From assembly GCA_937625935.1 (NCBI GenBank), contig OW569363.1, forward strand, positions 186,001 through 250,000: a stretch of 64,000 nucleotides of DNA. Reading direction: 5' to 3'. This stretch comes from Tetramitus jugosus (taxonomy: Eukaryota > Protista > Heterolobosea). The notes beneath the pieces are model-generated. The model did no database searches. It was not told where the DNA came from and saw nothing but the letters and a program-made list of their open reading frames with translations. Shown piece by piece: positions 54,545-64,000 of this stretch (positions are counted from its first letter, which is position 1; every line of letters begins with the position of its first letter). The position numbers and the translations under genes were made by a program.

Positions 54545-56363
54545 ATGAATCTGATGACAAAACAACGACCACAGAATCGTTCTCTTTCATCGCTGGCCAT
54601 CATCATGGCGTCGTTGATCATGATGTTTGCCATTGTTGTTGTTGTGACGGCAACAAACAACAACAACATGGATAATGTGGAGAGTGGTACTATGACGAGC
54701 ATGGATGAGGACTATTTGGCACCTTCAACCACTGACAAATCAAACACATTTTTCCTCGATCACTTCAATGAAGATCCATTCTCTCATCACAGATGGATCG
54801 CTAGCAAAGATCCAAAGTACAATGGTATGTTTGTTGTTTACTGTTGTTTAATTTTGTTCGTCTTGTCAGTCTGCTGAGTGAGTAACATGTCAATTTAAAT
54901 GATCAAATGAATCCTGGACAGGCGAGTGGGAATGGGCTGGTGAACCTGGAACTGTCACTGGTTTCACATTGGACAAGGGTCTGTTGTTGACTGAGCCTGC
55001 CAAGCACTATGCAATTGCTCACAAGTTTTCAAAGCCATTGGTTCGCAAGTCAGGAAGTGATCTCGTTGTTCAATATGAGGTAAAGTTTGAGAAGGAGATG
55101 GAATGTGGTGGTGCTTATCTGAAAATGTTGAAAGACAGTGAGCATTTTGATGTTTCACGTGTCAACAATGACTCTCCCTATGTCATCATGTTTGGCCCTG
55201 ATTTCTGTGGTGCAACAAACAAGGTGCACTTTATCTTTAGACACCAGAATCCAATCAGTGGTGAATGGGAAGAGAAGCACATGAAGGATGCTCCTAGAAT
55301 CAAGAATGATCAATTGTCCCATGTCTATACATTGATTGTTCGTAATGATGAATCATTTGAAGTTTTGATTGATTTGGTTTCGGTAAAGAATGGCAGTTTG
55401 TTGGCTGATTTTGAACCACCAGTCAATCCACCAAAGGAGATTGATGATCCAGAGGATGTGAAGCCTGCTGACTGGGTTGATGAGGCCTATATTGATGATC
55501 CTGAGGCAGTGAAGCCCGACGATTGGGATGAAGAAGCACCAGAGGAGATTGTGGACGAAAAGGACACGAAGCCTGAGGGATGGTACGATGACGAAGCAGA
55601 GATTATTGCCGATCCAGAAGCAACAAAGCCAGAAGATTGGGATGATGAAGAAGATGGTGACTGGGTCGCTCCTTCCATCAAGAATCCAAAGTGCGAACAA
55701 GTTGGGTGTGGAAAGTGGGAACCGCGAATGATCAAGAATCCATCATACAAGGGCAAGTGGTATGCTCCAAAGATTAACAATCCAGCCTACAAGGGCGAAT
55801 GGAAACCAAGACAAATTCCAAATCCAAACTATTTTGAAGACAACACACCTAGCAAGTTTGCTGCCATTGGTGCCATTGCACTCGAGTTGTGGACCATGCA
55901 AGGAAACATTCTATTCGACAATTTCTTGATCGCATTTGACGAAGAAGTTGCCAAATCGTATGCTCAGGCTACATGGGCCGGAAAGTACGAAAAACAGAAG
56001 GCAAACCTACCAAAAGTCGACAAGAACGCATCTCAAACAGGATTCGAATGGTTAGACGGTCTATGGGAGCAAGCACAGGCCCTCTATGAAGAGTATCCAC
56101 TCATTTTGATTGGTGTCTCTCTGTTCTCTGTTCTCCTCACGATTCCAGCCTTCTTCCTGTGTCTCCGATCAGCTGGCAACAACAAGCCAACGATCCTCAA
56201 ACAACAGATTGTAGAGGACGATGAGGACGAGAAGGATGAGAATGAAGCAGCCTCCTCAGACGAGTCTGAGAAAGAAGAAGAAAAGACGTCTTCCTCTCCA
56301 TCCAATTCCTCCGCACCAGTCCTTCAAAAACGTGCAAAGAAGGCTTCCAGAAAGGCCGAATAA
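54545..56363 (+). CDS. CANX: Calnexin (exons 54545-54824, 54922-56363)
   Basis: Signal peptide, VVQYEVK...[18 protein letters not shown]-domain repeats ([12 protein letters not shown]; GxWxPxxIxNPxY), TM helix, acidic/basic cytosolic tail. Confidence 0.96.
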
Positions 56364-56487
56364 ATTCACACGCGGAATGAATGCTTCGCACAAAAAAAAT
56401 TCTGCGCTTCGAAATTTGATCAAAACACACATAGAAAACAACACAAAAAACAAGACAATCATCAATCATCACACATACCATCCACTC

Positions 56488-59400
56488 ATGTCATCAACGA
56501 ACAAAAGAGGATTCAACGCATTGAAGCGTGCCAATCTAGGTACTGGTTATTCACTCGATGATGAAATGAATGAATTCTTCATGGAACAAGAAGAACAATC
56601 TCTGTTTTATGATCAAGCACAAAGCATGAACACAAATCAATCAACTTCTTCGTCGTCATCAGAAGCGCCATCATCTACCAGGAGAGTCATCACAGGCGCA
56701 GGAACATCCATGCCCAAAAAAATGTCCAAATTCAAACAACGTCAACAACTCTCTCAAAATCAACAAGAACAGCAGCATCAAAAACAACAACCAGAGCGTC
56801 CGTCTGTCCCTGTCTTGAAACCCATTGTCGAACGAGATGTGAGTCGTGAGTCGAGTTTGGTGAGACCTCCCTCGCCCAAGCACAACTCATTTCCTCTGTT
56901 TCCGAAAATGAACATGTTTGAATTTGCAAAATCATCTTCTGCTTCCAGTAACCTGGATCAACAACAAAATACCAGAACGGTGAATCGGTTGTTGAACAGT
57001 GATCAGGAAGTGGGTTATTTGGATGATATTGATAGAGAGTCATCTAGAATGTTGTCTGAAATGTCAGACAAGGAAATCAATGAAGAGAGAGACAATATCA
57101 TGAGGAGTTATGATCCTGCAATGATTGAAATGTTGAAACGATTGGGAAAGCAAAGATTAATGCAAAAGAAGAATAGTGCACAATCTACTTCAACCACAAC
57201 AGAAACATCTTCCGCTTCCTCTTCTGTTACTCGAGCTCCAGTACGAGAGGCAGCACGTACAAAAACAACAACAACGACAACAAGCAAACAAATTCAATCG
57301 GATGATGACCAAGCAAGTACAACTTCACTCGATGTCAACTCTATTTTCAAGCAATACGAGAAGCAATTAAAGGAGAAATCAGTGAAGAATCTCCTTGGTA
57401 AGAGTATGAGAGAATTTGATAGTGACAAGTTTGAGAAGGACAAGTTGGAATGGACCAATGATATCGAAGAACAAGAGAGTGAAAATAATAGTCAAGCAAG
57501 CGATGACAAAGTGGATCCCATTGCAAAAATTAGATTTGGATTTAAGGGTGAACCGATTGTGAGTCAAATATCAAATGAAGAATACGCAAATAATGTGCAA
57601 TTGTTCCATCATGGAAGGGATCCGACCAAACCTGGATATACTCTGCCAGAGATATTGCTGTTGATGCGATCCAAGGTACCAATGCAAAGAGTAATCAATA
57701 TGGGTCTGATGAGTCATATCATCGAGCATGCAATTCATATGAACGATCAGATGATGAAGGATCTTTACAATTATCTTCAAAAAGTTCAACTTCCATCACT
57801 GCTCATGTTGTATGGTTTTGAATTGTTTGGTGGAAATGTTATTAGTGGTAATATCAATGTGCTGACATCTAGTGTAGAATTACTTGCCAGATTTATGAAA
57901 CTCTCCCTATATTGTAAATATGTCTATCTAGTTAATGAACAATCTGTACATGATAATGGCGAGTTTGTGCCATTGAAGTACAGTGATGAGTTAGTTTGCA
58001 ACAGTACCGATTTTGCCGAGAGATCCAAGTGGGATATCATTTATACGCTCGTCTATCCAAATTTGAAAGCTGATACTCAGTCGAATGAAGAACCGAATAT
58101 TGAAGAGAATGGCGTTGGTTTATTTGATATTATTTTGCAAGTTTTGCGATCTATTGGCATATCTGATCTTTTGGTACACTCCAATCTGATTGGTGATGTG
58201 ATTGATATTTTGTTCTATGTCACGTTGCATTCCGCCAAGGTCACTTATCCTCTGCTCCACTCTCAAATCTATTTCCATCATATTACTCAACGCCTCTTCT
58301 CATTGTTGTTTACAGAGTTTGAAAAGGGAGACGCAGTAGATGCCTCTCCGGTCTATCCTCTGCGCATCAAGTATTTCACATTATTGACTTCTGCAGCACG
58401 ATACGGAGGTCCAAATAGTCTAACGGGCTTGAATAACATGCTTCCCTATATTCGCAAAGAATTATATATTTTGGAAGGATTATTGCCATCGAATTCTATT
58501 ATCGAAGAGCATTTGGATCAATGTGTTCAAATACTTCGTTTACTTGTTATTCTCCAATTTTATAACGAAGATGGAACCGTACAGCATTTTATTGATGAAA
58601 ACTTTGGAATGTTTACAAAGTGTGTCTCTGGTTGCCTAAAAATCATCATTGATCAATCTGCTCCAGAGAATAGCTTAAAACTCTGCTCGCAACTCAACGT
58701 CTTAATCTTCCAATTATTTAGCATGTATTCTGAAAGCAGGATGAGAAAGCAAATTGATGACAAGGATGAAAGCTCGATAGAACACTACCGAAACTTTGTT
58801 GAAGTAGATTGCATGGCCATTCTTTCTTTAATCCAGCAACATTATTCAGCCAGAAATGAATTGCTGCAACAATCATATGCCGCTATTATACACTTCTGCT
58901 CTACCTTTTTCGATTGCTTTATTTTGACGAATGAGCATAGACATGATGTAGTGACTAGTTGTGTTCGCATGGACAAATTCACCGAGAAAGTGCTATTGCC
59001 TCACATGAACAAGTTTAACGACAAGAGTAACCTGTTTTCAGATGCTATTCAGAATTTGAACGATGGTGGTATTCATCTCCTAAATGGATTAGTGAAGCTG
59101 GTTCTGACCTCTGGAAAGGTGTTGAACAAGGTGTACACCGCATGCATGAACAACACCATCATCTATGATAGTCTATCAAAATTGTATGAGCAAATCGTCA
59201 TTGCTATGCAGAGAAATGTCGAACAACGAGCTCCAAATGAAAATCGAAACAAATTATTTGCTATGAGGAAACAGTACACACCAGTCATTCTCAACATGCT
59301 TAGATTGAACCGTAGATTATCAGAAAATACTCGATTCCTTTCCACTCATCAGGAAGTTGTGTTGAGCATTTATTGCATGCAGTTTTTGAGACTCAAGTTA

Positions 59401-60606
59401 TTCAAAAAGGACTATTCTCGAGTTTCCTTCCTCTTGAATGAGTTTATCACACCAATGGATCAATCAAAGACCTTATTGCATCACCTAAAAGCACTGCTAT
59501 CATCCTTCTCATACCTGGATGATCAGCTCAAGAATCAATTGAACATGGAAGTCAAACTTATCTGTGACGATGAACAAGATTCATTGGACAAGGATTGTAT
59601 ATTTGATGATGTGGGTTGGATATTCTGTGCTATTGATAAGTTCTATTTGTCGGATAGAGGTTTCGACGACAATGAAGCTGATCTTTCAGAGGATATCCTA
59701 TTCGTGGCTGAGAATTTAAGACTTATCAACTACTTAAGTTCAATGGAAACAATCGAGAACAAATCATTGCTCTTTGAAATCGTACCAAGAATCATTTTGT
59801 TCGCGAATATGCTCAAGGTATTCATGAGCAACCATAGTGAGAAATTTTACTTCGATCAGACAATTTCATCTGCATTGAGTGAATGGCTTCAGATTTACCA
59901 CAAACAGATTCCATCTTACGCTCTCTATGGTCGATTGACGAATATTCCAGGTCAAGAACAACAATTCACTAGTTTGGTAGAAAACTTGTTGACCACGTTC
60001 ATGCATACGTCATATCATAATCAAGCATTCTCAGAATACTTGAGCATATTCTTCATTTACACGAATGATTGGTCCAGCAAGTACAGAAAGCTTGTACTTT
60101 CCGAATTCAACGGCCACATGCTCCAGAAATTAACCTTCTTCGCTCCCAAGCCTCAAGGCCTTGTTACTGTCCTGGCACAAAATCAAATCGAGAAGGATGA
60201 TATTGTATTGAAGATGTTGCTCGATCGCATCATTCTCTATCCAAGTTCCGAGCGCTCTGCCGCCAGAGTTTACACTATATGGCACGCGAACCAATATTTG
60301 TTCGGAGAACAGTTGAACGAGAATGGAATGCTTGGATTTTTGCAAATGAATTTGTTTGAAGACATTCTCCTCATGCTCAATCCCTCAGCAACTCTCGCCG
60401 TCGAATTTATGAAGGAGTTGCTTTCGTTCGAGTATGAACGATCTGAAAAGGACCATTCATCTGTTTCTCGCATCTCCATGTCATTCAAGAAAACCCTTTG
60501 GCACAATTACGTTCAACACAGCCAGTCAGAGCGCAAGGATCACGTACTGCAGCATTTAACCTCAGCACCCCTCCATCAACAGATCCAATCCTTGCTGGAA
60601 CAATAA
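56488..60606 (+). CDS. RPAP1: RNA polymerase II-associated protein 1 (RPAP1/Rba50)
   Basis: IDRESSRMLSEMSDKEINEERDNIMRSYDPAMIEMLKR (RPAP1_N) and RFGFKG...LFHHGRDPTKPGYTLPEILLLMRSKVPMQR (RPAP1_C), followed by a helical-repeat region. Confidence 0.88.
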   Translation: MSSTNKRGFNALKRANLGTGYSLDDEMNEFFMEQEEQSLFYDQAQSMNTNQSTSSSSSEAPSSTRRVITGAGTSMPKKMSKFKQRQQLSQNQQEQQHQKQQPERPSVPVLKPIVERDVSRESSLVRPPSPKHNSFPLFPKMNMFEFAKSSSASSNLDQQQNTRTVNRLLNSDQEVGYLDDIDRESSRMLSEMSDKEINEERDNIMRSYDPAMIEMLKRLGKQRLMQKKNSAQSTSTTTETSSASSSVTRAPVREAARTKTTTTTTSKQIQSDDDQASTTSLDVNSIFKQYEKQLKEKSVKNLLGKSMREFDSDKFEKDKLEWTNDIEEQESENNSQASDDKVDPIAKIRFGFKGEPIVSQISNEEYANNVQLFHHGRDPTKPGYTLPEILLLMRSKVPMQRVINMGLMSHIIEHAIHMNDQMMKDLYNYLQKVQLPSLLMLYGFELFGGNVISGNINVLTSSVELLARFMKLSLYCKYVYLVNEQSVHDNGEFVPLKYSDELVCNSTDFAERSKWDIIYTLVYPNLKADTQSNEEPNIEENGVGLFDIILQVLRSIGISDLLVHSNLIGDVIDILFYVTLHSAKVTYPLLHSQIYFHHITQRLFSLLFTEFEKGDAVDASPVYPLRIKYFTLLTSAARYGGPNSLTGLNNMLPYIRKELYILEGLLPSNSIIEEHLDQCVQILRLLVILQFYNEDGTVQHFIDENFGMFTKCVSGCLKIIIDQSAPENSLKLCSQLNVLIFQLFSMYSESRMRKQIDDKDESSIEHYRNFVEVDCMAILSLIQQHYSARNELLQQSYAAIIHFCSTFFDCFILTNEHRHDVVTSCVRMDKFTEKVLLPHMNKFNDKSNLFSDAIQNLNDGGIHLLNGLVKLVLTSGKVLNKVYTACMNNTIIYDSLSKLYEQIVIAMQRNVEQRAPNENRNKLFAMRKQYTPVILNMLRLNRRLSENTRFLSTHQEVVLSIYCMQFLRLKLFKKDYSRVSFLLNEFITPMDQSKTLLHHLKALLSSFSYLDDQLKNQLNMEVKLICDDEQDSLDKDCIFDDVGWIFCAIDKFYLSDRGFDDNEADLSEDILFVAENLRLINYLSSMETIENKSLLFEIVPRIILFANMLKVFMSNHSEKFYFDQTISSALSEWLQIYHKQIPSYALYGRLTNIPGQEQQFTSLVENLLTTFMHTSYHNQAFSEYLSIFFIYTNDWSSKYRKLVLSEFNGHMLQKLTFFAPKPQGLVTVLAQNQIEKDDIVLKMLLDRIILYPSSERSAARVYTIWHANQYLFGEQLNENGMLGFLQMNLFEDILLMLNPSATLAVEFMKELLSFEYERSEKDHSSVSRISMSFKKTLWHNYVQHSQSERKDHVLQHLTSAPLHQQIQSLLEQ

Positions 60607-60649
60607 AAGTTTTCACCGCCAAAAAAACGCAACGCAAATTTGATCGAAC

Positions 60650-61630
60650 ATGAGCAGAGCCCATCGATTTCGCAAGGGCGACAATGTGCTGTGTCATCAC
60701 CTGTCTTCTCTCTATGAAGCCAAAGTTGAGCAATCAAAATTCGAGAATCACGTGATGCACTATCAACTGAGCTTCCCAGCTCTGTCGACAACAGAGTGGG
60801 TTGATGGTGATTTGGTCGTCAAAGACAACAAGGAAAACAGAGAGCTAAAGGCAAAATTGGAGAAGGAGAACAAAAGTTCAACAACAACAACAGCAGACAC
60901 AACGACCAATGGTGATCGAGGTGGTGAGAAACAAGGAGAAGAAGAACAGGAAGGAGCTGCTGAAGAGGAGGACGAACAAGAGGAAGAAGAAGATTCAAAA
61001 ACAAGTCGGTCAACAAAGAGAACATACAAGCGAAAGAGAACCAGAGAATCATTGTCTGCAGATTCCTCTTCTGCCAATAAGAAGAAGAAACAACGAACGA
61101 GGAGACAATCCAGAGACGAGGAGAGTGAGAGTGAAGAGGAAGATTCGATTGAGCGTTTGGATAGGAGACCTGCAAAACTGCAAATTGAATTGAGCGAACA
61201 GTTCAGACGTGTGCTCAAAGAAGACTGCGAACAGTGTACCCAGACTCAAAAACCACCGTACAAGCTACCATTTTCAGAGTCAATTGAGGATATTGTGGAT
61301 GAATACTTGCAGGAGCGACGAGTTGACGAGAAAGAAGACAGCAACGAGTTCCAGTTGGCAAAAACAGTTTTGACTGGCGCAAAGAATTACTTTAATGCAC
61401 TTGCAAGGAGAGCACTATTGTATCCATGTGAAAAGAAACAGTATGACACCTATTTCAAGACTGGATCGAGAATTCCTTGTGCTGTGTACGGTATGACTCA
61501 TCTGTTGCGCCTGTATGTGAAGTTGCCCATATATTTGACTCGAACAGAGATTGGCGAAGCAGGTTCACAAGTTATCCAGGAGCAAACTGGCTTGTTTCTG
61601 ACCTGGTTGTCTGCACGAAAAGCCCTCTGA
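60650..61630 (+). CDS. EAF3: MRG15/Eaf3 family chromo-barrel plus MRG domain protein
   Basis: FRKGDNVLCHH..LYEAKV (tudor-knot) and MRG motifs YFNALARRALLYPCEKKQY, VYGMTHLLRLYVKLP. Confidence 0.9.
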   Translation: MSRAHRFRKGDNVLCHHLSSLYEAKVEQSKFENHVMHYQLSFPALSTTEWVDGDLVVKDNKENRELKAKLEKENKSSTTTTADTTTNGDRGGEKQGEEEQEGAAEEEDEQEEEEDSKTSRSTKRTYKRKRTRESLSADSSSANKKKKQRTRRQSRDEESESEEEDSIERLDRRPAKLQIELSEQFRRVLKEDCEQCTQTQKPPYKLPFSESIEDIVDEYLQERRVDEKEDSNEFQLAKTVLTGAKNYFNALARRALLYPCEKKQYDTYFKTGSRIPCAVYGMTHLLRLYVKLPIYLTRTEIGEAGSQVIQEQTGLFLTWLSARKAL

Positions 61631-61833
61631 ATCTGAAAGTCGGAGATCTTATTCTTTTTTTTACAACATATTCGTGTTTACAAAAAAAACAAACAATTTG
61701 AACCTTCAGCCAAAAAAAACGGACATTAATCGCGAAAAAAAATTCACAATCCGTGTCCTCTTCAGAAAAAACAAAATCACTTGCTCCTCCCTTTTTTTTC
61801 ATCCCCTGTATTACATACAACAATCTATATATT

Positions 61834-64000
61834 ATGTCCTCTAAAAAATCAAAATTTGTGGATGAAGGTGCTGAAGTTTCCGATGATGAGCGTGCCACTT
61901 TTGATGATGAAGACTCAGAGACTGACGAACATGTACCAAACACTTACGAAGTGGACGATGGTTTTATTGTGGGAGACGATGAGGAAGATGAAGAGGATCA
62001 AAGAAGATCGGGTCATCGTGACTCTCACAAGAGAAGAAGAAGTGAGAGCAGACATGAAGATAGTGATGATGACGACGACGATGATGTCTCATCCAAGAAG
62101 AAGAGAAAAAAGCACAGATTAAAGCGTTTAAAAAAGAAGAACAAGTTGGAGAAGGAATTGGAAGATTTGCATAGAACTTCTGATGATGAACAAGCAGTTC
62201 CATTGAGTGACGATGAAGTTCATGTGTCCAATGCCGATGAACTCAGAAACACATTGTTTTCGGCTGAGGATGAAGGGGAGATGGCCTATGATGAGGAAGA
62301 TCATAACTCTCATCGATACGCAAAACAAAACAGAGGTTTCAGAGAGGATGACGAGGATGAAATGAGAGGATTCATTGTTGGTCGTTCCAAGCGCACAGAG
62401 GAATATGATAATGGTGATCCATTTGGATATGGTCAAGATTATTATGAAGAGGAGGCTGCAACTACGGTCGACGCCAGAGAAACACTACAAAAGATATTTG
62501 GTCCTGACGAGATTGCCGAACAATTCATGACCGAAGAAGATGAAATTATCAGAAACGAAGATATACCGGAACGTTATCAGTTGTCGAAGACTGTGAGAAC
62601 TGTGACAGAGGTTGAGATTGCTGATGAAGCCAATTGGATTTATGCGCAGGTTTTTGAGTTTATGGAGTCTGGAGCACTTTTTGACAGTGGATTCACAAAC
62701 GAGAACAACTACCAGAGTGGATGGGGTCAAGATATGTCGTCTTCCGAACAGGGCAATTGGGGTAGAGATGCTCCCACTGATACAGGCAATTGGGGCAGAG
62801 ATGTTCCTTCTGATACAGGCAACTGGGGTCGAGATGCACCATCGGATCAAGGTAGCTGGGGTCAAGAGATGTCTTCCAATCAGGGAAGCTGGGGCCAAGA
62901 ACTTCCACAGTACGATGGTATGGATGATGTTGATATGAATGGTAGCACGAGCAACTTGTTAAAGGAGAAGATTATTGCGGAAATAACTCAGGTTTTACAT
63001 TTCATTCTCATCAATCGATACGATATACCCTATATTGCACAATATAAAAAGGAGTATGTGGCCACGAACTTGAAATATGACGACTTGTGGACCATTTACG
63101 AGTATGATGAGAAGTGGTCAAGTTTGCAGTCAAAGAAGCAGTTGATACGTGATTTGTACAAAGAGTCACAAATGAGTGGCATCGATTTTTACCAAACTCT
63201 GGTCAATCAGTCCACCAATATCGAAGATGTAGAAGATTTAATTTCTCACTTCCAATTGAATGCTGGACCAAGCTCCAACACCAAAGACTCCACAGAAAGA
63301 AAAAAGAGAAGATCATCCAGAAGAGATCCATATACCGTCGCCAAACAAAGCAAGGCAAGTGGTATCACTCAACATTTTGGTCTTACTCCAATGCAATATT
63401 CTGAAAATATCAGCTTGAACTTCCAAATGCACAAGAAGAATGATCACCCTACAACAGCAGAAGTGTTAGCACAGGAGTACGTCTCCTCTCTTCATCCAAC
63501 TGGTGAAGCTGTGTTAAAGATTGCCAGGCATATTCTGGCGAGAGAGATAGCTGCTGAGCCTTATGTTCGATATGTTGTGAGACAAGCATACAAAATTTAC
63601 GCACAAATGTCTCTGACTCTAACACCAAAGGGAGAAGCCTCCTCTATTATCCGTCTTCGTGATTACAAGAATGTTCACAAGACGAGCTTCAGTAGTTATT
63701 CCAGATCATCTGATTTGATTCAATTGATGCATATATTCCGGGACGAGAGAGATGGACTCGTGCAAATCACCATCGACATACCTGACGAACGTTTGAATGA
63801 AGTTTTGAAACATGAGGATTTATATTTTTCAAGAGATGCTTCCTCGTCTCAATCATGGAACGATCAGCGCTTGCTCATTATTCAAGAAGTGAAGAAACTG
63901 TTGGCTCCTTCCATGGAAAACTTTTTGAGAAGTCATTATGCTAAGAAGGGAAAGACAGTTATCGGTCGAGCTTGCAAGCAATCATTAGAACAAATCCTGC
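61834..64000 (+). CDS. SPT6: Transcription elongation factor SPT6 (3'-partial; absent from the ORF track because there is no stop in the window)
   Basis: Acidic N-terminus (DDGFIV, RLKRLKK), IFGPDEIAEQFMTEEDEIIRNEDIPERYQL, EANWIY, DIPYIAQYKKEY, LAREIAAEPYVR. Confidence 0.93.
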   Translation, partial: MSSKKSKFVDEGAEVSDDERATFDDEDSETDEHVPNTYEVDDGFIVGDDEEDEEDQRRSGHRDSHKRRRSESRHEDSDDDDDDDVSSKKKRKKHRLKRLKKKNKLEKELEDLHRTSDDEQAVPLSDDEVHVSNADELRNTLFSAEDEGEMAYDEEDHNSHRYAKQNRGFREDDEDEMRGFIVGRSKRTEEYDNGDPFGYGQDYYEEEAATTVDARETLQKIFGPDEIAEQFMTEEDEIIRNEDIPERYQLSKTVRTVTEVEIADEANWIYAQVFEFMESGALFDSGFTNENNYQSGWGQDMSSSEQGNWGRDAPTDTGNWGRDVPSDTGNWGRDAPSDQGSWGQEMSSNQGSWGQELPQYDGMDDVDMNGSTSNLLKEKIIAEITQVLHFILINRYDIPYIAQYKKEYVATNLKYDDLWTIYEYDEKWSSLQSKKQLIRDLYKESQMSGIDFYQTLVNQSTNIEDVEDLISHFQLNAGPSSNTKDSTERKKRRSSRRDPYTVAKQSKASGITQHFGLTPMQYSENISLNFQMHKKNDHPTTAEVLAQEYVSSLHPTGEAVLKIARHILAREIAAEPYVRYVVRQAYKIYAQMSLTLTPKGEASSIIRLRDYKNVHKTSFSSYSRSSDLIQLMHIFRDERDGLVQITIDIPDERLNEVLKHEDLYFSRDASSSQSWNDQRLLIIQEVKKLLAPSMENFLRSHYAKKGKTVIGRACKQSLEQIL
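62719..62898 (+). repeat. 33-bp coding tandem repeat encoding six WG motifs inside SPT6
   Basis: TGG codons at 62722, 62758, 62791, 62824, 62857 and 62890; unit approx. GNWGRDAPSDT. Confidence 0.9.

Noticed and set aside
56221-56487. ORF-track N-terminal extension of RPAP1 overlapping calnexin
   Set aside because: Overlaps the calnexin 3' end and an A/C-rich leader; ATG 56488 is the plausible start. The same applies to the extensions of RCE1, OAC1, FARAT and ThrRS.
62719-62898. CRISPR-like periodic repeat
   Set aside because: In-frame coding tandem repeat without unique spacers in a eukaryotic gene.

Overview
Gene-dense (about 33 protein genes in 64 kb) eukaryotic nuclear DNA, standard genetic code, with few short GT-AG introns and many Asn/Gln/Thr tracts. 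The style and gene content suggest a heterolobosean/discobid-like protist (inference). Recognisable genes include striatin, elongin C, CFAP58, RCE1, mitochondrial ACP, a mitochondrial carrier, ATR, a FAR-acyltransferase fusion, a p22phox-like protein, pyridoxal kinase, ThrRS, fibrillarin, TRM1, nicotinamidase, calnexin, RPAP1, MRG15/EAF3 and SPT6 (partial). Four Pol III genes are present: tRNA-Gln(TTG), intron-containing tRNA-Cys(GCA), a solitary 5S rRNA and tRNA-Ala(TGC). The best candidate for a new system is a Pol III gene-targeted non-LTR retrotransposon family. A young 959-bp poly(A)-tailed element with a 17-bp target-site duplication and an RRM plus coiled-coil ORF but no RT sits 24-40 bp upstream of, and head-to-head with, the 5S gene. 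Decayed LINE ORF2 C-terminal remnants, one with a clear zf-RVT motif, lie in the same position and orientation upstream of tRNA-Ala and probably of tRNA-Gln and 5S. Other highlights: two pre-miRNA-like hairpins in long intergenic gaps, an internal WG (Argonaute-hook-like) repeat in SPT6, and a catalytically degenerate GspE/PilB-like ATPase with a PTS2-like N-terminus. All calls were made by eye, with no database searches.
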